Shown piece by piece: positions 55,754 to 63,976 of a stretch of DNA of 63,976 bases. The position numbers and the translations under genes are program-made. Origin of the DNA: Perkinsus chesapeaki ATCC PRA-425. Its lineage: Eukaryota > Protista > Perkinsozoa. The notes under the pieces are model-generated. The model searched no databases. It saw only the letters and a list, made by a program, of their open reading frames with translations, and was not told where the DNA came from. The stretch is from contig JAAPAO010000002.1 of the NCBI GenBank assembly GCA_013115145.1, forward strand, positions 1-63,976, in the 5' to 3' direction. Position 1 is the first letter of the stretch. Each line of letters begins with the position of its first letter.

Positions 55754-57614
55754 CTAATATACCTGAACATGGTGTGGCGAATAGCCAAGAGAAGGTGCTG
55801 AGAGCGTGACTATAATCAATGCCGGTGTTCCTCTAACTGAACTTCTTTCTTCCACCCTACCATTTTGAGTGAGCTCGGCTCGGAATGTAATCCTGCCAGA
55901 GGGTTTCCCCCGATACTCTGTAAAATCTACATGCCAAATATGACCAAGGCAATTCCCATCTTCTGCAATACTGTAGAAGTACCTTGTGGTGGAGACACTA
56001 TAAAGGCTGAACGGGGTCGAGAAGATCCTTACCGTCCCCCGAGCGCTGTGATTCCCCGGCACGGTCCAGCATGACCGTCATATGTTGCGAGTGCGCTCAA
56101 GGAACCAAGATCCCACAGTTGGACCTGCGAGTCGCCACGGTTCCCGCAATGGAGGCTCGAGAAAGTTACAGTTGAATCCCTCGAGGAGGTCAGACCAAGT
56201 GGGGGCTCATGAGAGTTACTGCTAGATCGCTGCATAAGTTGGACTTGAGTTATATCCTGAGCGGGAAAGACTGATTTACAAGGGCGTCGGACATCTCAGC
56301 AGGACAGAAAGATGCTATAGCCGGAAACAAGAATGATGATCACCGAATCCAGCTGCACAAGTTGGCCTGGCTCAACAGCAGACGGGAGACTCCGCTGGTC
56401 CCCATTAAGCGGCAAGGCAGCTAGCTGACCGCTGAAGGCGACGCAGAGCCACTGAGGAGCATACAACCGAGTAGCTCGGTGAGGCAGAAGAAGTTGGATA
56501 ACCAACCCCGTAATTGGCTTCGAGTGCCCCTGTTGTGTGGGCTCCCACATCAACCGAAATCGCTCCTAGACGTTGACCTGAGGACCGAGTGAGCTGTCCG
56601 AACCGGGCATATGGAGAGACTGACAAGTTCGTTGTGTCCTACCATTCAAGCTGTCCCAGATCTGCAAACCCATTCCACAAGATAATGTCACTACAGATGA
56701 CTCCGACGTGAAGCGGCACATCTGAGGCACATCTGCCGTACTGTGCGAGCACTGCGCTCTTACTATAGGCTGTCCTTCCGTGTCAATGACTAATGTCCGT
56801 AGGCATCTCCATGAATACTTGCTGGCAGCGCAATCCCACATTTTAACTGTACCGTCTTTGGCCGCAGTCGCTAGCAAGGAGCCTGATTCCGGCGATCCAA
56901 AAGAAAGAGAAAACCGCGCAGACCATCAATATTAAAGGACATGTCTGTAATGCCGTGCGAATGGTCCTGAAGGTCGCCGACTATTCGACGCTGGTCAGAT
57001 TGGAAGATCGAAATGACACCATCAGACTGGAAACAGTATTCGTAACAGGTTCTGTGAGTGCAACCTCCTACTCTTCCAACAGCAACTATGCTCGGGCATG
57101 ATGGCAGCGAGTCCATACAAGTAACAACAGGTCGGCCGGAGAGATACACCTTGCCAATGCACGGGCCCAAGGGGAGCATAGGCTGAGACTTCGCGGTGCT
57201 CAAACGACCTGACACAAGGTGGTTGAAGGATTACGTACATGATATGCGGCTCCGACTTCTCTTGGCAGCCGGAATGCTCTCAAGCTCTGCCTCTAGGTCT
57301 AGAATTCTTTTCGTTAACATTGTCGTGCAGACCCACTTCTCCTCAAGAACACCCCTGTACTTGGCAGGATCCTCGGCGCCACTTGCTATGCTAAACTGCA
57401 GCCCTATTTTGGGGTAATGTTCACTAAAGAACAGCAGCAGATAGGCATGTGAATGAATGATGCATTTAGAATGCATCACCAGCGCACTTGCTTACATAAG
57501 GTATCCTAGAATGGCACTTTCGAGGCTCCTGCGTTGATCTTCGGACAAGATCACGGGAGATGTCTCCGGCTCCGTTGACGTAGTAGATAACCCAGTGGAA
57601 AAGAGATGGCTCAT
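55754..57614 (-). CDS. LisH + coiled-coil + WD40 protein, LIS1/PAFAH1B1-like, multi-exon
   Basis: ILSEDQRRSLESAILGYL (LisH), YRGVLEEKWVCTTMLTKRILDLEAEL (LIS1-type coiled coil), and WD repeats DHSHGITDMSFN, LATAAKDGTVKMWD and DSQVQLWDL. Confidence 0.75.
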
Positions 57615-57789
57615 TTACAATACTCGAGGAACACGAGTGAAGTTCAGTTACAGGCTTCGACTCCCATGCCCCAGCATGGCGGGGTGTCGCCGCCCGCGAC
57701 TAGTATGCACTGAGCAAACGCCGAAGACGGAGTTTTATGTTTCCTCTCGAACAGACTTGAACACAGAACGAAGACAATTGGTAGAAACG

Positions 57790-60700
57790 TTAATCGTCAG
57801 GGACAGTATTGGCCTTAGCATGGGCCTTAGAACCACCCTCTTCAGCCAACTGACAAAAAGAAATAGATTGATCGAAAATCAGCGACCTTCGCGTAGCTCT
57901 CAAGTCGTTTGGAGGGACATTGTTTCTTACCATATCAGCATCGATAGCTGGCGAAGTCGGAGCTGGGGAGATCCCCTCAAGGGGGCTATCCAAAGATGCA
58001 ACCTGTCAGAGGAAAGCGCATGAAAACATCACCAGAATGCATTCGAAGATACCTCTTCGATATCCTTTCCAACATCCTTCTCAATCGCAGCAGCTTTAGC
58101 GGCTATGGCAGACTTCTGATATCTAAATGGATGTGCATGCCGCCTATCAGAAAGTCACGAGTTGGGTACAGCTCGTCCATCTCAGCGGCGCTGAGTTTAA
58201 ACGCGTCGCCTTCAGACTTCTGGAGTATATCGGCCGCAGCCACACTGCCAGCGGCACCTTTCTTAAGATTTTCATCTGACGAATACGCACTCGCAAAAGT
58301 GTGGATTGCAGTTACCCACCTGCGAGGAACTCGGCAGCCTCTGGTCGGTACTCCATAATCTCCTTCTGTTTCTTGTGTCGTACGAAGTAAGCCCACATCC
58401 AGCGTCGAAGGAAACCGTCAATATTACCCGGAGTGACCTGAATGACAGGCGAGGATTCTAGCGGCGCGCTCGCTGAAAGCCTTACGTTGAACAGGCGCTT
58501 CTCTTTCTGCTGCTTGACAATAAAGCTCTTCCAATGAGGGTTATTGGATAGCATCCTCTGATGCCCTGAGAAGTCATAGCCGCATCTTCTGAGCGTTCCC
58601 AACTCCACTGGTTTGCTTACCGCAAACCCAGAGATTGGTCCTTCCTCGTGTCAGGCTCACATTCATTCGTCTGACATCACGCACGAAACCAACCGAGGTA
58701 CCGTCAGGATCGGCACGGACCTGCAAGCCACAGCTAGGCTCATGGCTAATTCCAGAAATGTTTCCCCACCGTTGACACAATGACGCAGTCCTTCTCTCTT
58801 CCCTGGAACCCATCGACTGTGTTCACCTCTACGGGGCAGATCTTGCTCTCAACCATGTTGTACAGCTGTCTGAACTTCTGTCGAATCAGTCTAACCTGGA
58901 ATAACGGTAATAGCCAATCGCACATGCTCGAAGCAGTGCTTACCTGCTCTGCGTAAGGGGAGATGACAGCCAGCTTCTCACGCCAGGGCTCCTTTGGCCA
59001 GCATACTTGGAGCATCTTGAATATGTGTATAATGAAGTTGGCCTCAGCCTCGTTCGTAAGCGATGTGTAGGACTTTTCTTCTTGACCAGGGACATTGAAG
59101 AACGACACGGGGCCAAAGATCTGCCAAAGGAATGTGAAATTAGTAAGTCTCCCAAATGTTCCTACTGGTATATGGGACCAAGGATGATCCCCAACGAGCT
59201 CCATGATATTGTCAGCGTTCTTAACGCCTCCGTCGTAGAACTCCTTCGAAGGGAATTCTGCGATGGCTGGATGCATACGGAACTGTGTGCTAAGCAAGTT
59301 AACCTAAAAGAAGAAACCTGGAAGCCGGGGCAAGTCCCAACTAGTTCAAACAGATGGTTACTTGAAAGTCAGATTGCTGTAAGCGCTGGAATAGACTTTT
59401 GCCGTAGCCAAACCGCTCAGCCGTTGCGGAGAAGACTGTAGCAGGCAACTGCTTCGGATCACCGACCAACACCATTCGTTGGCAGCCCATTTGCAAAGGA
59501 ATCAGCGTTCCTGAGAAAACGTTCATCATTTCAACTTGCAGGAATTAGCTGGCATACCGAATCTTACCCATTTCAACACCCTGACTGGCCTCATCAACCA
59601 CCACAGTATCAAAGCTACCAGGATAACTGAGCAGATCCCTACCACCACTCACAGATAGGGTGGCACACACTATGACTGCTTCATTAAGGATTGACACACG
59701 ATGACTGCAAGACAGACTATGGAACGCAGAGATCCACGCACCCGTACCGATAGGTGTCCTCCTTGTTTGTAGCAGCTCCGCCAGAGGTAGCCTTCCTTCT
59801 TGTAGCCATGATAGACTCCAGAGAGTACCTTACCAAGCGACACAATGGACTACCGGAGCGGGACAGATTGTCCTACTGTTGCAATGAAGGATGCAGATTG
59901 GGTCCAAGACGGACAACATAAGGGGTGTATAATGTTCCATCTGATAGGTAAGCAGCTTCACAAAACCCCTCATAGAAGCCGATGTCTACCTCGTCCATAA
60001 ATACCCGTCGAAGTGACACGTCGAACAATCTCATCGATAGCTGCATTACTCGGCGCACATACGAGAACTTTACCTGCAAGGGTTCCGGGATTGATTGAAA
60101 CGTTCACGCCATAACCCTCACGTTTAGGCTTAGCTGTGGAAGTATTCTCCTTGAAGAGTCGCATGACATGGTCCTCCGGATACGCATCGTTGGGATTATT
60201 CGGCTGCGGTGGATACAGCATTTTCGGGGCTAAAAGACAACCCATGCTATTATTCCACTCACACCCAAAGCCCCAGTAAAGCCCTCAGAGTTTGCCCAGT
60301 AAAACCTCATACTACCCGTTTCCATCCAACTCTTGTAGCCTTTATAAGCCCATTTCATTTCCACCTTCCGGATCTCCTCAAGATTGCGTTTCCGTCGCTG
60401 TGCAAGCCGTTTCTCGAACTACAGAAAAACAATCATTCACAGCAATTTGAAAGAACAAACGAGCAACCGACCTTGGGGTCCTCCTCGACATCGCTGCTAC
60501 TGAGCTCTCCCCCATCGTCCACTATTTCCCTCGGTAGGGCCGTTGAAGCCTAACGAGAAATTGCAGCCTAGGCGAATAACAAACCGACCAGCTTACTTCA
60601 GATATGTCCGTTTCGTCCCCCTCTTCAGCATCGTCCGAATTGAGGATAGCCGAAAGGATACCGACGATGGTTGTGGTTTTACCAGTACCAGGAGGACCCT

Positions 60701-62280
60701 TCAGAACCAATGGAATTCCCTCAAAATTTACCCAAACAGTTTTATACCTGAATCAGTGTCAGCCCCTCGCTTTTAGTCGCTTCCATGATAGCATGTTGCT
60801 GCGAGTCATTATACCTAAGCAATTGTACCGAGAACGGCCTAAACGGTGATTACTTGGCTTCTATGGTCGTCTTCAGCCCCTGGGGCATTTTCAAGCGGCG
60901 CTGCTTTCTCGGGGCTGGTTTCACAACTTCTGCCTTCTTCCGGCGCTTCTTAGCTGAGAAATTTCTATGTTAAAGCCTATACGGGAAGCATGCCTCCGCT
61001 TTGCCCCACACCACCCTTCCCGCTACTACGTTGCTCGGCTCTCGGGCTAACTTCGCATTGGCCTTCCTCAACCTCGATATCATTCAACACCCATTTGAGT
61101 AAAGGTGACCTCTTCAGGGCTTGCATTGCCTGATACTCCCGATGAATTGTCGACATGGATGTTATCTAAAACAACGATGCACGAAACGAATGCGGTTCTT
61201 GTACCTTGGTTATATACCAGTCTGAGTTCCCCGCAATAGCAGCGGCAATTCGCTTACTCCGATCTCGGAATTCAAGCATGTGCTTATCAGTAGTATGAGC
61301 GCACAGCAGGTCGAGTCTAAGAAGACAGACCACCAGATGTATCAACGCTCACCCTATTACCTCAATCGAAGGGATAGCCGCCCATCCATGAAATTTTCAA
61401 CGTATCTGAACAAAAATAAACATAGCCCTCCAAGCCTTGCAGGATGGCACTTACGCTAAGGCATGCGTTGGAGTTTCCTGCAAGGGGTCCTCAACACTGG
61501 ACATGAGCACGAGATCGGAACCGCCGTATTGCTCCCGAGAAGCCTAAGTGAGGCGGTAATTTCGCGAGGTACCTTCGATTCTATGTGGATTTACCATGGA
61601 CATGCGAATGAGTTCCAAACGGACAAAGCCAGTACGCTCATTGACTATCCGGAAAGTAAGGTGAGAGAACCTAATTGAACATACCAATCGCCCTTTGAAG
61701 GCGATGGATCCAACCATACTTCTCAGTTTCGCCTCTCTCCATATGTCTAGCTCTGTCAAGCTGCGACTTCGTCTCCCGAAGGAACAGACGATAAAAGACA
61801 CTCGTGTATTCTTCAAAGGAATCAAATCTCAGCGGCACGTGTTCAAACCTGTTCCATTATGAGAACAATAAGGCACATTTCGATCCAGATGCCTTCAAGG
61901 GCTATAATACCCTAATTCGTCCTCGTTCTCATGTAGCTTCTTCAACTCGGTTTGTGTCCGGTCATCGTTTACGTCCTTGAAGAAATCCCAACTGATGAAA
62001 GTCAAGCTTAACGTTGTGCATATCAGGAGGGGCAACGAATTAACATAATCAAGTCTCACAAGCCTTTCATTCTTTATCTCTTCGCTAATGTCGTGTGACG
62101 CTCTCAATGGCTGTATGAATACATCAATCACGGAGTCATGACAATTGCTGGCTCTGTACAGTGTAATCCCCGCCCTTTATATCACCTCAATATCTCCTGT
62201 TGTAATGGGGTTAGCGATGGTGCCTGTGCGGTAGGGGCCCGCGCAGGCACTGTGGCTACGGCAGTTGGAGCACCTGCCAT
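57790..62280 (-). CDS. SEN1: Superfamily 1 (Upf1-like) helicase, SEN1/senataxin-like, multi-exon
   Basis: KGPPGTGKT, VLVCAPSNAAIDE, VVDEASQ, LVGDPKQLPATV, LSTQFRMHPAI, NTVDGFQGREKD and RRMNVSLTRGR. Confidence 0.88.
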
Positions 62281-62612
62281 ATTGAAGCGGCAACAAGGAG
62301 CTGCAACGAAATAATGACAATGCTCGAATAGACTGAAGACTGAAACTCAGCACAATATTGTCAGAAACGATAACGGCAATAACCGCATACGCAGCGACAA
62401 ACTGTCGGCATGTATAGGAGTTCCAACCCCAGAGGATATTAGCAGCACCTTAAGGACCCGTAAGCTCCCTGTTATAACAGCGCCTAGAAGAAATAGAAAC
62501 AACTCGCAATTCTCCCACGTACTTCACAAAGGAACGACGCGACCAAGGGCGGGCGAAAGGTATGTGCGCACGTTAACAGTCAAATCTTGCCGTCTACTTT
62601 TGTCATTCTGTT

Positions 62613-63976
62613 ATGCCGTTACAACATAGAGGGGATAATCATCGTGTAGTGACCATCAAGAGTATCAAGCATGGTGGTCCTAGATTCCCAGGTGTGACCT
62701 CATTCATGATTGACCAGTTGTCTGGCACTGTACCCGTTTCAGGTTCTTGGTTCGTCTCGTATTGCTGCCTTCTCGTTGCTCTCGTCATCGGGGTAAGTAA
62801 TTGTTTCTTGCCTGCCGACTACATCAAAACCTCTCAATATGCGTCTTGATCTTGCATTTAGCCAAAGGGATCGCTGATAGGGGGTCCGCCGGAATCACGT
62901 GAATCACGGTTAAGCCCGCAAAACAACACTACTCACAAGCACCTAAATTGACATTTGAAAGATCTAGTAGACATCGTGTGTGACAGTCATGCATTTCCTC
63001 TTGCTTTAAGGCGATTCTCAGGCACACTGGGTGGCTATCGGCGGGGAAGAGTTCGAAAATACTAATCTGCCGAACACAACTTTCTCTGCACAACGTGCCG
63101 TTAACGTTGTGAAGGAACTGGAGGCATGTGGGGTAGGCGTAGATAGGATGCGTCTTCTGGTAGATTTCCGCACTTACCTATTTGTCAGAACCGTGAGTCT
63201 GGAACTTATGCAGCCGAGGTTTGTGCGCCAAAGGCCATCCTTAAAGAGGTAGAGAGCATTGGCTTCTCGGAGGAGGATATCCAAATCGATAACTTCCACT
63301 CCAATGGATCCTTCTACATGTCCTTCCTCGGTGGCGTTATCGGCAACTACCGTAATATTACCAATATTGCATTCCGCCTAAACTCCAAGAAGGAGAAGAG
63401 AACGAAAGGCCGACGTTGTGCAGTTCTGGCCGCGGCCCACTACGACTCTGCCCTGGGTGTCCCAGGGATTAGCGACAATGCTATGCAAGTCGGATTGCTA
63501 ACCGAGCTTATGCGTGTGTTCAAGGCCCGAAACCTAATGTCAGACAGCGAAATAGATTTAATAGTCAACTTCAACGGGGCCGAAGAAACGCTAATGCACG
63601 CAGCTCATGGTTTTGCAAAGAGCAGCAAGTGGGCGCGGGACGTCTGTGCCATTGTTAATCTAGAATGCAATGGTGGACATGGCCGTGAATTACTCTTTCA
63701 GGTAGAACAGCTGTGTAGATTTGGTAAGGATATTCTTCGTTCAGGTGGGTAGCCATGCCCTAGTGTCTCAGTATAAGAGGGCTGCTAAGCGTCCAGCTGG
63801 CAGTAGCTTCATTCACAGCGTCTTCCAGGCGGGTGTTGTGCCGGGCGATACAGACTACCGTGTACTTCGTGACTTTATTCTGGAGAAACAGGGGCTTCTC
63901 GTCCCTGGGGTGGATTTCGCCACCATTGGCAATCAATATGTCTATCATACGAGTCTTGATGACTTTGCACATGCAT
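62613..63976 (+). CDS. M28 family metallopeptidase, ERMP1/Fxna-like; runs off the window end
   Basis: AAHYDSALGVPGISDNA, VNFNGAEETLMHAAHGF, VNLECNGGHGRELLFQ and PGDTDYRV. Confidence 0.88.

Overview
Gene-dense eukaryotic DNA with many short (~40-60 nt) GT-AG introns. A myzozoan-type QCR6, a probable myzozoan complex IV subunit, flagellar IFT54 and the intron style point to an alveolate, most likely Perkinsus or a relative (inference). About 25 protein-coding genes and one tRNA-Asn can be supported; I see no rRNA, CRISPR array or recognisable transposon. Housekeeping genes: ERD2-like receptor, BTB/PHR protein, RRM protein, TTC4/Cns1, QCR6, PUS7, IFT54, NSA2, ArfGAP, RanBP2-zinc-finger protein, ETNPPL-like aminotransferase, LIS1-like, SEN1-like helicase, ERMP1-like peptidase. 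The standout is 28626-33341. By hand splicing it is one ORF of two fused group II PLP decarboxylase (DDC-like) units with complementary losses. Unit A lacks the PLP Lys/His/Asp and the C-terminal domain but keeps the trans-acting catalytic-loop Tyr. Unit B keeps Lys/His/Asp but lacks that Tyr. It lies between an intronless pseudo-formyltransferase/perosamine-synthase-like fusion and a carnosine-synthase-like ATP-grasp ligase, a candidate small-molecule biosynthetic cluster. All gene models are hand-spliced and family calls come from remembered motifs, not database searches; 5' ends of multi-exon genes are approximate.
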